Below, one piece after another: positions 49,099 through 59,319 of a stretch of 64,000 nucleotides of DNA. Location of the stretch: positions 4,155 through 68,154 of the forward strand of contig JBAZSG010000006.1 in the NCBI GenBank assembly GCA_041662585.1, in the 5' to 3' direction. The first letter of the stretch is position 1; every line of letters starts with the position of its first letter. The notes under the pieces are model-generated. The model saw nothing but the letters and a program-made list of their open reading frames with translations, was not told the DNA's origin and made no database searches. The stretch comes from Patescibacteria group bacterium (lineage in GTDB: Bacteria; Patescibacteriota; Patescibacteriia; UBA1558; GWA2-36-10). Position numbers and translations under genes: made by a program.

Positions 49099-49929
49099 AT
49101 GCTAGATAAAATAAAAAAAGCAAATCAGGGAGCTATAGCGTTATTGTTAGTAATTATGATTACAGCTTTGACTATAGTTTCAGCCGCCGTAATATCTATG
49201 ACCAATATTTCAGACTTGATGTCTTCTTTTTATTTTTCTCAATCAGAAGAAGCTGATGTAGAAATGGATGCTTGTCTAGAAGATGCTTTGTGGCGTCTAG
49301 CTTCTAGCACTGAGATTTCAGGTACATATTATCTCAATACTGTTGGTACTAGTTGTTATTATCAAATAGCTGATAGTATAGAGGCTGGTTTAAAAACTGT
49401 TACTTCTACGGCTAGTACTACTTCAGATGTTGGTTATTGGGTGGATGCAGTGATTGCTCAAATCAATGTTTCTACCACACCGATTAGTATTTATTCTTAC
49501 AAAAATTTTAATATGTCCTATGCGCCTATTGTGGTCTCTGAAGGTGGTGCAGCTGTCTGTGGTGATGGCACCATAACTAGTCCAGAAGTCTGTGATGAGC
49601 TCAATAATACAATTACTGAATATTGCGGAGATGGCAATACAGATGTAGGCAAATGCAATGCTGATTGTAGTGCAGTCGTGCCAGATGAGACTTGCGATGA
49701 TGGTAATACAACTACCGAGATGTGTGGCGATGGAACACAACAAAATGGCACTTATTGTAATGCTAATTGTACCGTAGAAACAGTCTTGGCCGAAACTTGT
49801 GACTATACACCAGGATCTTGCAATGCTTCTAGCTGTTGTGATAGCGTTGGCTTGGGTTGTGCCACTGGAAAACGTGGATTTCTAGCCTGTAGTGAAACTT
49901 GTACAACTTGTCTTTTAAATTGTTTATAA
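49099..49929 (+). CDS. PilX-like minor pilin with cysteine-rich CGDG/CDDGN repeats
   Basis: QGAIALLLVIMI (no Glu+5); CGDGT, CGDGN, CDDGN repeats. Confidence 0.72.
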   Translation: MLDKIKKANQGAIALLLVIMITALTIVSAAVISMTNISDLMSSFYFSQSEEADVEMDACLEDALWRLASSTEISGTYYLNTVGTSCYYQIADSIEAGLKTVTSTASTTSDVGYWVDAVIAQINVSTTPISIYSYKNFNMSYAPIVVSEGGAAVCGDGTITSPEVCDELNNTITEYCGDGNTDVGKCNADCSAVVPDETCDDGNTTTEMCGDGTQQNGTYCNANCTVETVLAETCDYTPGSCNASSCCDSVGLGCATGKRGFLACSETCTTCLLNCL

Positions 49930-49945
49930 TTTAATTTTAGGGCTT

Positions 49946-51697
49946 ATGGGCAAAAATATAATAGGTATCGATATTTCAGATTTTTCTATTGAAGCCGTAG
50001 CTTTGGAAAAAGATAGACATAGTTTTAAGTTAGAATCTTATGCTCGTTTTAGACTTTCTCCAGAAATAGTTGAAGATGGTCAGATACTAGATAAAGAAAA
50101 ATTGAAAAGTGCTATTTTAAAGCTGTTTAAAAGTGCCAAGCCGGTTGTTTTTGACAAATCACGCAAGGTATTTTTATCTATTCCAGAGTCACAGACTTTT
50201 TCCAAAATATTTTCTGTACCAAAAAATATCAAAAATAAAGAATTGGAAACAGTAGTATTTAATAAAGCAGAAGAATTGATTCCAGAGTCTATTGACAAAT
50301 TGACGGCTATCATAAAAGTCTTGGCTGAAACAGATAAAGATAAGCAAGTTTTTTATACAGCCGTAAGCACAGAAATATTACAGAGTTTTGTAAGTGTTTT
50401 TAATGAATTGGATATAGAAGTAGTAGGTATTACTACTGAAGCCAATAGTTCTTTTGCTGGTATCAAAGAAAGTAAAGACAAAAAAAATACATTGGTTTTG
50501 GATCTTGGCGCCAGGACTACTATTGCTTCTATTTTTACCAAACATGGTTTATATTCAAATATAAATATTGCTATTGGTGGAGATAATATCACCAAGGCTA
50601 TTGCCAAAAAATTAAAGATTACTTATAAACAAGCCGAGGACAAAAAAGTAAAAATTGGTTTGACAGCTGATGAATATGGAGAAATCATGCTCATCGCCCA
50701 AGGTCAATTACAGCCACTGGTAGATGAATTAAAAGTATTTATAGAATATTGGCAAAAATCTAGTGGTAATACTATAGAACAAGTTGTTTTGATAGGGGGC
50801 TTATCTCAAATGAAAGATATTGATAAATATTTTGGAGAAGACTTAAACATAGCCACTCAAATTGGTCAGCCGTTTATTGATACAGACTCTTTATGGAAAG
50901 GATTGAATTCTAGTAAATACATAAATGCTTTGGGATTAGCTAGATTGGCTCAGCAAGGCACGGATATCAATTTTTTTGATAAGATGCCAAAAGCCAAAAA
51001 ACAAAAAAATACAAATAATAATATAAATAACAATAACAATAATCAATATATAGAAAATCAAAATAATATCAAAACAAAGTGGTTGGCCAGTTTTAAAAAT
51101 AAATATGTTTTATTTGGATTAGGCATTATTTTTTTGGCAGCAGCTTTGTTTTTGTTTAAAAATAAAATTCCTATTTTAAAAGACTGGGTAGCACTACCTA
51201 CTTGGGAAGAAAAAATATATGTAGCGATAGATAATCCCAATGGAATAAGCAATTTTATCCCAGGTGAATATTATGATTTATTACTTTACAAAACATATAC
51301 TACTTCTACAGATGAGACATTGCCAGACGATTATGTTGAAAATTTTTCAAACAATTTGATTGCCCTAGAAAAGGAAGCAAACATAAAAGTATTGCCAAAA
51401 GTCGCTGAGTCTTATACACCAGAAGGTTATTATGTGATTCCCCAAATAATATCTTATGAGAGTACAGATATAGTTCCTTTGGAAGAAAATTATAAAGTAG
51501 GGGATGTTTTAGAAGCGGATATCAATTATCGATTTATGATGTTTTCATATCAATCTTTGAAAGATTGGTTGATAAATAAAGATCCAAAAGTAGCTGATAA
51601 ACTAGGTAGTTTTGATTTTGAAATCATTAATTATACACTTGATAGTGAAGGAGCAAATTTTAACATCTTGGTACTGATTAATAAAAAATCAGACTAA
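49946..51697 (+). CDS. pilM: PilM-like actin-fold protein with C-terminal TM and external domain
   Basis: IGIDISDFSIEAV, VLDLGARTT, IGGDNIT, LIGGLS, ALGLA; Asn-rich linker, TM, about 175-aa tail. Confidence 0.8.
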   Translation: MGKNIIGIDISDFSIEAVALEKDRHSFKLESYARFRLSPEIVEDGQILDKEKLKSAILKLFKSAKPVVFDKSRKVFLSIPESQTFSKIFSVPKNIKNKELETVVFNKAEELIPESIDKLTAIIKVLAETDKDKQVFYTAVSTEILQSFVSVFNELDIEVVGITTEANSSFAGIKESKDKKNTLVLDLGARTTIASIFTKHGLYSNINIAIGGDNITKAIAKKLKITYKQAEDKKVKIGLTADEYGEIMLIAQGQLQPLVDELKVFIEYWQKSSGNTIEQVVLIGGLSQMKDIDKYFGEDLNIATQIGQPFIDTDSLWKGLNSSKYINALGLARLAQQGTDINFFDKMPKAKKQKNTNNNINNNNNNQYIENQNNIKTKWLASFKNKYVLFGLGIIFLAAALFLFKNKIPILKDWVALPTWEEKIYVAIDNPNGISNFIPGEYYDLLLYKTYTTSTDETLPDDYVENFSNNLIALEKEANIKVLPKVAESYTPEGYYVIPQIISYESTDIVPLEENYKVGDVLEADINYRFMMFSYQSLKDWLINKDPKVADKLGSFDFEIINYTLDSEGANFNILVLINKKSD

Positions 51698-51743
51698 AAA
51701 TAGTACTAAAAACATATGCACAGAGTTTAATTTGGGAGGAGTA

Positions 51744-51772
51744 TTGGCAATTATTGGTAGATTTGATATAAT
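51744..51772 (+). promoter_or_regulatory. Sigma70 promoter of the major pilin
   Basis: TTGGCA-17bp-TATAAT with extended TG. Confidence 0.55.
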
Positions 51773-51821
51773 ATAGACATCTTTAATTCAATATAAAATA
51801 ATTTAACTAATCTTATAAAGT

Positions 51822-52331
51822 ATGAAAATTAAACAAAATTTTAGATTACACTCAAGACAAGCAGGATTTACGCTTATTGAGTTAATTATCGTAATCGCTA
51901 TCATCGCCTTATTAGCAGCAGCTACTTTTGTGGCTGTCAATCCAGCCAAGCGTATTGGTGATGCCAATAATGCTCAGCGTTGGGCTGATATTACAGCTAT
52001 TGCCGATGCTTGGAATACTTATGTAGCTGATAATAGTGGTAGTAATCCAACTACATCAGCTGATTGTATTACAGCTAATACTACTTGTATGATTGCCAAT
52101 TATGCTGGTACTGATACTGACTATGCTTGTGGAGCTTCAACCACCGCTGCTCTTATTTGGCTTGATCCATTGATTACCAGTGGTTATTTAGCAAATATAC
52201 CAGCTGACCCAAAATCTACTACAGCCGCAGCCACATCTACTGGTTATTATATGCTTAAAGATGCTAATGGTGCTTTGACGGTTGGTGCTTGTGAAACTTA
52301 TAATAGTGCTACAATAAAAGTTCAAAGATAG
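51822..52331 (+). CDS. Type IV (probable major) pilin
   Basis: AGFTLIELIIVIAIIALLA, YLANIPADP; own promoter and terminator. Confidence 0.9.
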   Translation: MKIKQNFRLHSRQAGFTLIELIIVIAIIALLAAATFVAVNPAKRIGDANNAQRWADITAIADAWNTYVADNSGSNPTTSADCITANTTCMIANYAGTDTDYACGASTTAALIWLDPLITSGYLANIPADPKSTTAAATSTGYYMLKDANGALTVGACETYNSATIKVQR

Positions 52332-52350
52332 TTTTTAAATCAAAATTTAT

Positions 52351-52385
52351 AAAACTTGATTCTACTAAAATAGGGTCAAGTTTTT
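52351..52385 (+). terminator. Intrinsic terminator after pilin
   Basis: AAAACTTGATTCTA-CTAAAA-TAGGGTCAAGTTTT plus T. Confidence 0.7.
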
Positions 52386-52445
52386 ATATTTTAAAATATT
52401 TGGATTTAAGGTATAATGAATATATAATATATATATAAAATATTA

Positions 52446-54116
52446 ATGAAAAATATGATAAAAAAGTTAAAAAATAAGTGGTTTTGGATAATATTGGTGA
52501 TTGTGATTATACTAGGGATTGTATTATTTCAGGTATTTAAAAAAGAAGAATCAAACTATATTACCGAAGCTACTCGTATCGGAGATATTGTGCAAACCGT
52601 AGAAGTGACTGGTTCAGTACAATCGGCTGATGATATAGAGCTCAATTTTGGTATGGCCGGTACTCTACAAGCTGTTTTGGTCAAGACAGGCGACGAAGTA
52701 GTCAAAGGACAGACCTTGGCTAGACTGACTTCAGGAGATATAGCTTCTCAAGTAGCTGATGCTAGAGCTAGTCTGGAGATTGCCAAATTACAATTGGATG
52801 AGCTTTTGGCTGGAGCTAGCAATCAAGATATAGAAGTGACCACGCAAGAATTTGCTAGTGCCAAAGCCAATTATCAAAGTGCTATGGATAGTTTGACAAA
52901 CTTGGAGCAAACTAGAGATCAAGAGATTGCCAATATAAAATCAGAAACTATTAGTACTTTAAAAGATAAATTATCTATAGCTCAATTTTCTTTGGATGTA
53001 GTCTACGATGCTATTTATGATAGTAATGCGGATCAAAATTTGTATGTTAGTGATATAGTATTATTGAATAATACTAGGTGGAATTATCAAGATGTAAATA
53101 GCAAATTTTCCAGCATAAAAGCATTGATTGAAAAAGCTGAGAATAGTAATGACAACAATGATATTTTAGTAGCTGCCAATGCTTTGGAAAATTATTTGAA
53201 AGATGTTTTTAATATTTTGACCGATACTTATGATGTGATGATAGTTACGGTTACTAATTCTGTTTATACAGCTACAGTTATTGATACTTTCAAAACTAGC
53301 ATAAATACCAAAACTACTAGTATCAATACAGCTATTTCAGCTGTTCAAAGCAATAGTGCCAATTTGCGTATTAGGGATTTATATTATCAAACCCAAATTT
53401 CTGACCAACAAAATACTATTGATTCATATAAGATTGCTATGTCTTTGGCTCAAGCCAAGCTAGACCTTAAGACAGCTCCACCTCGTGATTTTGCTGTTTC
53501 TTCAGCCGAAGCCAACATAAAAAGAGCTCAGGCAACTTTGGATAGATATCTTAGCAATTTATCTGAGACAGTGATTACAGCACCAGTTGATGGTATAGTC
53601 ACAGCAGTAAATTTTGATGTAGGAGAGCAGACTAGTTTATCTACTCCTGTAATATCTATGATTGGTTTAGCTACCATGCAAATAGAAGTAGATGTACCAG
53701 AATCAGATATAAGCAAATTGGCTGTAGGAGATCAAGTAGAGATCACTTTGGATGCTTTTTCAGCTAGTGACAAATTTGTCGGGACAGTTATTTTTATAGA
53801 TCCAGCAGCTACCAATATTGACGGAGTGGTATATTATACTACCAAAATAGCTTTTAATGAAAAAGATGATCGTATAAAATCTGGTATGACAGCTGATTTA
53901 ACTATTTCTACTGATAGCAGAGAGGGTGTGTTGGTAGTGCCATCCAGAGCTGTAATATATCGAGAAGATAAAAAATATGTACAAATATTGGACAACGGTG
54001 TTTTGGCAGAATTAGAAGTTGTGACTGGTTTAAGAGGCGATGATGGCTTAACAGAAATAATTAGTGGTTTAGAAGCAGGTGTTGAGGTTGTCACTTTTAT
54101 AAAGAAAGCAGAGTAA
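52446..54116 (+). CDS. Efflux periplasmic adaptor (MacA/HlyD/YknX-like) with long alpha-hairpin
   Basis: TM; VKTGDEVVKGQTLARL; ITAPVDGIV; VPESDI; IKSGMTA. Confidence 0.9.
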   Translation: MKNMIKKLKNKWFWIILVIVIILGIVLFQVFKKEESNYITEATRIGDIVQTVEVTGSVQSADDIELNFGMAGTLQAVLVKTGDEVVKGQTLARLTSGDIASQVADARASLEIAKLQLDELLAGASNQDIEVTTQEFASAKANYQSAMDSLTNLEQTRDQEIANIKSETISTLKDKLSIAQFSLDVVYDAIYDSNADQNLYVSDIVLLNNTRWNYQDVNSKFSSIKALIEKAENSNDNNDILVAANALENYLKDVFNILTDTYDVMIVTVTNSVYTATVIDTFKTSINTKTTSINTAISAVQSNSANLRIRDLYYQTQISDQQNTIDSYKIAMSLAQAKLDLKTAPPRDFAVSSAEANIKRAQATLDRYLSNLSETVITAPVDGIVTAVNFDVGEQTSLSTPVISMIGLATMQIEVDVPESDISKLAVGDQVEITLDAFSASDKFVGTVIFIDPAATNIDGVVYYTTKIAFNEKDDRIKSGMTADLTISTDSREGVLVVPSRAVIYREDKKYVQILDNGVLAELEVVTGLRGDDGLTEIISGLEAGVEVVTFIKKAE

Positions 54117-54117
54117 T

Positions 54118-54828
54118 ATGATTGAATTAAAAGATGTTTATAAAGAGTTTGTAAATGAAGAAGTAGTAACCAAGGTTCTTCATGGTATTAATCTCAAAAT
54201 AGATAAAGGTGAATTTTTGGCTATCATGGGTCCTTCTGGATCAGGTAAGTCAACTCTTATGCATATTTTGGGATTCTTAGACACACTAAGCACTGGTAAA
54301 TATTATTTTGACAACAAAGATGTGTCTAGTTTAGATGATGATACTTTGGCGCAGTACAGAAACAAAAGAGTTGGTTTTGTTTTTCAAAGTTTTAATTTAC
54401 TGCCCAAAACTAGTGTTTTAGATAATGTAAAATTACCACTTTTATATAGCAAAGATAAAACAGATTCACAAGCAGTCGATGAAGCTATAAAAAGTGTAGG
54501 TTTAGAGCATAGAAGAGAGTATCTTTCCAATCAATTATCTGGTGGTGAAAAACAACGAGTAGCAATTGCGCGAGCTTTGGTAAATAAACCAGATATTATA
54601 TTTGCTGATGAGCCAACTGGCAATTTAGATTCTAAATCAGGTATTCAAATTATGGCTATTTTGGCTGGCCTATCCAAAATGGGTAAAACAGTAATATTGG
54701 TTACTCACGAATCTACTACGGCTAGATATGCCAAGAGAATAATAATGGTTAAAGATGGTTTGATTGTTAGTGATGAAAATAATAAAAATATTATCAAAAC
54801 AGAAGACATAAATGGTCAATTAAAATAA
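54118..54828 (+). CDS. ABC transporter ATPase (MacB/LolD family)
   Basis: [46 protein letters not shown]. Confidence 0.95.
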   Translation: MIELKDVYKEFVNEEVVTKVLHGINLKIDKGEFLAIMGPSGSGKSTLMHILGFLDTLSTGKYYFDNKDVSSLDDDTLAQYRNKRVGFVFQSFNLLPKTSVLDNVKLPLLYSKDKTDSQAVDEAIKSVGLEHRREYLSNQLSGGEKQRVAIARALVNKPDIIFADEPTGNLDSKSGIQIMAILAGLSKMGKTVILVTHESTTARYAKRIIMVKDGLIVSDENNKNIIKTEDINGQLK

Positions 54829-54831
54829 TTT

Positions 54832-56076
54832 ATGCGTTTTGACTTTAGAATATGGTTTGGGACTTTGCAAGCATTAAAGCGTAATAAAATGCGCTCTTTT
54901 TTGACTTCACTGGGGATTGTCATTGGTATCTCTTCTGTAGTTATCATCATGTCTCTTGGAGCAGGAGCACAGAGTTTGGTGGTCAATCAAATACAAGGTA
55001 TAGGTGGTGACTTATTGGCTATACTTCCAGGAGCTAGTGATGATGATGGTCCACCAGCATCAGTGATGGGTATTAGTATTACTACTTTGACCACTGAAGA
55101 TTTGCAAGCTATAGAAGAAAGAGTACCAGAAGTTACAGCTGCAGCAGCTTATGTCAGAGGGACAGCTATTGCTTCTTGGCAAAACAAAGTAGATGATACT
55201 AGTTTTTTGGGTACAACGGGCAATTATATGCAAGTAGAAGAAGGCGCAGAGCTCATAGCTGGTCATTTTTTTTCGGAAGATGAAGCCAATTCTATTAGTA
55301 AAGTAGCTGTTCTTGGTTATAGTGTAGCCGAAGAATTATTCAATGGAAATATAGACCCCATTGGTGAGCGTATTAAAATAAACAAAGAATCTTTTAAAAT
55401 AATAGGTGTAATGGCCGAAAGAGGAACGGCTGGTTTTCAAGATCAAGATGATCAAATATTTATACCCATCACCACTGCTCAAAAGTTAATGTTGGGTATT
55501 AATTATCTTACTTTTGGTAGAGCCAAGGTAACTCAAGGGGCAGATATTGATTTTGTAATTGAAGAAGTGGTTGATGTTTTGCGGGATAGGCATGGTATAG
55601 ACAATCCCCAAGAAGATGATTTTTCGGTCAGATCATCTGAATCAACTTTAAATACTTTAAATAGCATTACGGATGCCCTAAATTATTTTTTAGGCATGGT
55701 AGCTGGGATTTCTTTAATAGTTGGTGGAATTGGTATTATGAATATTATGCTTGTTTCAGTATCAGAGAGTACCAAAGAAATAGGTCTTAGAAAGGCAGTG
55801 GGAGCAACTAGAAGAGATATTAGTATCTATTTTTTGGTGCAAACGATCATCTTGACATTATTAGGGGGTATCATAGGAATATTTTGGGGAATACTAGTGT
55901 CATTTTTGGCTAGTGTTATAGCCAATGCTTTGGGCTATGATTGGAATTTTGTAGTATCAGTAGTCTCTATTGTTATTTCTCTGATATTTACTATCATAGT
56001 TGCTTTAGCTTTTGGTTGGTATCCAGCCAAAAAAGCTGCCGATTTAAATCCAATTGAAGCTCTTCGTTATGAATAA
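54832..56076 (+). CDS. MacB-like ABC permease
   Basis: RSFLTSLGIVIGI; VGGIGIMNIMLVSV; EIGLRKAVGA; PIEALRYE. Confidence 0.93.
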   Translation: MRFDFRIWFGTLQALKRNKMRSFLTSLGIVIGISSVVIIMSLGAGAQSLVVNQIQGIGGDLLAILPGASDDDGPPASVMGISITTLTTEDLQAIEERVPEVTAAAAYVRGTAIASWQNKVDDTSFLGTTGNYMQVEEGAELIAGHFFSEDEANSISKVAVLGYSVAEELFNGNIDPIGERIKINKESFKIIGVMAERGTAGFQDQDDQIFIPITTAQKLMLGINYLTFGRAKVTQGADIDFVIEEVVDVLRDRHGIDNPQEDDFSVRSSESTLNTLNSITDALNYFLGMVAGISLIVGGIGIMNIMLVSVSESTKEIGLRKAVGATRRDISIYFLVQTIILTLLGGIIGIFWGILVSFLASVIANALGYDWNFVVSVVSIVISLIFTIIVALAFGWYPAKKAADLNPIEALRYE

Positions 56077-56079
56077 TTT

Positions 56080-57315
56080 ATGAAATTAATTACTACCACA
56101 AAAATAGCTTTAGTTGCTCTAAATAAAAATAGAATCAGGACTTTTTTGACTATTTTGGGAGTAATGATTGGTATTTCTTCAGTGACAGTCATCATTTCAG
56201 CTGGTGATAGTATTAGAGCTTTGGTTCAGAATCAAGTATCTAGCTTTGGTTCGGATTTTATACAAACAGAAGTGAGAGTCCCATCTTCAGGAGGTGGAGT
56301 AGCTAGTCAAGCTCAAGGTATAGCTATAACCACAATGAAAGATAGTGATAGGGAAGATATATTGGAATTACCATATATATCCAAAGCCTATTCAGCTATT
56401 ACTGCTCAAGAAGTTATTTCTTGGCAAGGAGAGATAAAAAAATCTTTGATCTATGGAGTGACCGAAGATTATATCAATATTGATAGTACAGAAATAGCTG
56501 AAGGTAGATTTTTTACCGATGAAGAAGGTGATTCTTTGGCTAGAGTAGTAGTGTTAGGTGCCAAAGTCAAAGAAGATTTATTTGGCTCCAGTCCAGCAAT
56601 TGGACAAAATGTAAAAATTCATAAACAAAATTACAAAGTAGTTGGTGTAGCAGCTTCAAGAGGAGCAGTATTCTTTTTTGATTTTGATGATTTAGTATAT
56701 ATTCCATTAAAAACTACTCAAAAATTAATATTGGGTATAGATCATGTTTTATCTATTACTTCTCAATTGTCTGATCCAAGTCGTGAAGATGAGATGGTCA
56801 ATGCTATAGAAAATATAATGAGAGCAAATCATGATATTGATAATCCAGATAGAGATGATTTTGAAGTAGCTTCTATGGCTGATGCTCAAGATTTACTCAA
56901 TACTATCATTGGTGGTATTACTTTATTATTGGTAGCTCTAGCAGCTGTATCACTAGTAGTCGGTGGAGTAGGTATTATGAATATCATGTATGCTACAGTC
57001 TCTGAGAGAACCTTTGAAATAGGTCTTCGTAAAGGAGTGGGAGCTAGTAAAAAAGATATTTTGCAACAATTTTTAGCTGAAGCAGTAGTCATTACTTTAT
57101 GGGGTGGTATTTTTGGTATAATTTTGGGCATTGTATTTATATATGCTGTTTATATAATAGCCAATAAATATAAGCTAGATTGGAGCTTTTCTATATCAAT
57201 ATTAGGTCTAATACTAGCCTTGGGCTTTTCGGTGGCTGTAGGGCTTGTTTTTGGCCTTTATCCAGCCAAAAAAGCCGCTGAGTTGGATCCAATTACTGCT
57301 CTGCGAAGGGAATAG
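56080..57315 (+). CDS. MacB-like ABC permease (paralog)
   Basis: RTFLTILGVMIGI; VGGVGIMNIM; ERTFEIGLRK; PITALRRE. Confidence 0.93.
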   Translation: MKLITTTKIALVALNKNRIRTFLTILGVMIGISSVTVIISAGDSIRALVQNQVSSFGSDFIQTEVRVPSSGGGVASQAQGIAITTMKDSDREDILELPYISKAYSAITAQEVISWQGEIKKSLIYGVTEDYINIDSTEIAEGRFFTDEEGDSLARVVVLGAKVKEDLFGSSPAIGQNVKIHKQNYKVVGVAASRGAVFFFDFDDLVYIPLKTTQKLILGIDHVLSITSQLSDPSREDEMVNAIENIMRANHDIDNPDRDDFEVASMADAQDLLNTIIGGITLLLVALAAVSLVVGGVGIMNIMYATVSERTFEIGLRKGVGASKKDILQQFLAEAVVITLWGGIFGIILGIVFIYAVYIIANKYKLDWSFSISILGLILALGFSVAVGLVFGLYPAKKAAELDPITALRRE

Positions 57316-57340
57316 AGGACAGACAACAAGATAGAGATTA

Positions 57341-57367
57341 TTAGCACTCCTTGACTTAGAGTGCTAA
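57341..57367 (+). promoter_or_regulatory. CIRCE operator (HrcA site) containing the -35 box
   Basis: Perfect TTAGCACTC-N9-GAGTGCTAA; TTGACT at 57351-57356 in the spacer; TATAAT at 57375-57380. Confidence 0.95.
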
Positions 57368-57397
57368 TTTGGTATATAATGTAATAAAGAAAATTTT

Positions 57398-58057
57398 ATG
57401 GAAGATAGAGGTCAAAAATTACTCAAAGAAATTGTTGATATTCATATCAAGACTGCTCGTCCAGTAGGCTCTTCAATGTTGGCAGAGAGCAAAAAATTTG
57501 ATTTGTCTCCAGCCACTATTCGTAATGCCATGTATGAACTGGAGACTGAAGGATATATAGCTCAGCCACATACTTCAGCTGGACGTATACCAACTGTGAT
57601 GGGTTACAAATATTATTTGGACAATTTGCTTAATATCAAAAATTTAAATGACAAAGAAAACAAAGAATTGACTCAAGCCTACAACAATGATGTGCGTGAG
57701 CTGGCCAAATTAATAGTCAACAAAACCAATCTAGCTACCATTGTCGGATTTTCACCAACTGATCTTTATTTTACAGGCTTGTTCAATCTTTTCTCTCAGC
57801 CAGAGTTTGAAGATTATAAGATGGTATTATCAATGACCAAAGTAGTTGATTCTTTGGAAAAAGCTATGGCTGATATTTATCATCAAATAGACAAACCACT
57901 AGTTTTAATTGGCCATGACAATCCATTTTCTTCGGATTGTTCGGTCGCTATTACACCTATTAGTGGTGGAAGATTACTAGCCATACTTGGCCCAATGCGT
58001 ATGGATTACAACAAAGTATTAGGATTATTAGCAGAAATTACTAAAATTATAAAATAA
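57398..58057 (+). CDS. hrcA: Heat-inducible repressor HrcA (short form)
   Basis: PVGS, LSPATIRNAM, QPHTSAGRIPT, QPEF, ILGPMRMDY. Confidence 0.92.
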   Translation: MEDRGQKLLKEIVDIHIKTARPVGSSMLAESKKFDLSPATIRNAMYELETEGYIAQPHTSAGRIPTVMGYKYYLDNLLNIKNLNDKENKELTQAYNNDVRELAKLIVNKTNLATIVGFSPTDLYFTGLFNLFSQPEFEDYKMVLSMTKVVDSLEKAMADIYHQIDKPLVLIGHDNPFSSDCSVAITPISGGRLLAILGPMRMDYNKVLGLLAEITKIIK

Positions 58058-58545
58058 TGCATAATAAAAAAGACAAAAAAGAAAATAAAGACAAAGTAGA
58101 GAAAGTAAATTTTGAAGTGCAAGCAGCTGCCAATTTGGCTGGTTGGCAAAAAGCTTTGGCTGATTATCAAAATTTGCAAAAAGAAATGAGCAAGCGTTTG
58201 TCTGATATGAATGATTTTGTAGCTGCCAATTTCTTATTAGAGCTATTACCAATTTTTGATAATTATCAAATAGCTATTTCTCATGTGCCAGCCAAAGAAA
58301 AAAAAGAAGCTTGGGCTGTGGGCTTGGAACATATACTCAAGCTGTGGGAAAGCTTTTTGACTGATCATGGACTGAGCAAAATAAAAGCTCTTGGTGAGCA
58401 ATTTGATCCAAATTTGCATGAAGCAGTTGGTCAAATAAATGATAAAGAAAAAGCTGATCAAATAATTTTAGAAGAAAAATTGGCTGGGTATACATCTAAA
58501 GATAGAGTAATTCGTCCAGCCAAAGTGATTATCAATAATAATTAA
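58057..58545 (+). CDS. grpE: Nucleotide exchange factor GrpE
   Basis: ALADYQN, LLPIFDN, FDPNLHEAV, GY..RVIRPAKV. Confidence 0.92.
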   Translation: MHNKKDKKENKDKVEKVNFEVQAAANLAGWQKALADYQNLQKEMSKRLSDMNDFVAANFLLELLPIFDNYQIAISHVPAKEKKEAWAVGLEHILKLWESFLTDHGLSKIKALGEQFDPNLHEAVGQINDKEKADQIILEEKLAGYTSKDRVIRPAKVIINNN

Positions 58546-58572
58546 TTATTAATAAAGAAAGGAGAAAACATT

Positions 58573-58971
58573 ATGTCACTTATACCATGGAGTCCACTTT
58601 TAGACACCTTTGATTCATTGGAAAAAGGTTTTAGCAACTTTTTGCCAGCTATGGATGTCTATGAAGAACATGACAATGTAGTCGTTGAAGCAACACTTGC
58701 TGGTATCAGGCCAGAAGATGTAAATATCAATGTCCACGATGATGTTTTGACCTTAGAGGGCAAACGGGAGACTTCTAGCGAAGTAGATGAAAAAAATTAT
58801 TATCGCAAAGAGGTACGCAGTGGTTCATTTAATCGTAGTGTAGTATTACCAGCAGCAGTGCAAGCTGATAAGGCTGAAGCCAATTTTGAAAATGGGTTAC
58901 TTAAAATATTGTTACCAAAACAAGACGAATCTAAATCAAAAAATATTAAGATTAATATAAATAAGAAATAA
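58573..58971 (+). CDS. Hsp20/alpha-crystallin small heat shock protein
   Basis: PAMDVYE, LAGIRPEDVNI, GSFNRSVVLP, ANFENGLLKILLPK; SD-like AAGGAG. Confidence 0.93.
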   Translation: MSLIPWSPLLDTFDSLEKGFSNFLPAMDVYEEHDNVVVEATLAGIRPEDVNINVHDDVLTLEGKRETSSEVDEKNYYRKEVRSGSFNRSVVLPAAVQADKAEANFENGLLKILLPKQDESKSKNIKININKK

Positions 58972-59307
58972 ATGATAAATAATTTCAACTCACCACTTAA
59001 CTTGAAATTAATCAAGCAATGTCCAATTTGTTCAGCTGATTATAGTCAGACAAATATACAAATTTTGGATGAAAATGAGTTTGGTGTACTTACTTATGCT
59101 AGTTGTGATAGCTGTCGAGCCAATTTACTTACCAAGTTTTCTTCTTTACCACAAGGAGTGATAGGCAATGCTATACTCACTGATTTGAGTCCTCAAGAAG
59201 TATTGGATTTTGCTGTAGAAAATGAGATTGATGCTGATGATGTATTGGGTATTCAAGCCATGCTAACCAAGAAAGAATTAATAAAAAATTTAAAAAAATT
59301 AGTATAA
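58972..59307 (+). CDS. Hypothetical protein with CxxC...CxxC motif
   Basis: CPIC and CDSC; tightly packed between hsp20 and dnaK. Confidence 0.75.
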   Translation: MINNFNSPLNLKLIKQCPICSADYSQTNIQILDENEFGVLTYASCDSCRANLLTKFSSLPQGVIGNAILTDLSPQEVLDFAVENEIDADDVLGIQAMLTKKELIKNLKKLV

Positions 59308-59319
59308 TATAAAAAACAT

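Noticed and set aside
51846-51866. Decayed palindromic insertion in the pilin leader (SRQAG)
   Set aside because: No real palindrome remains in the DNA, so it cannot be supported
52446-57315. MacAB-like system with two permeases as a novelty
   Set aside because: Common arrangement; only the long adaptor hairpin is mildly unusual
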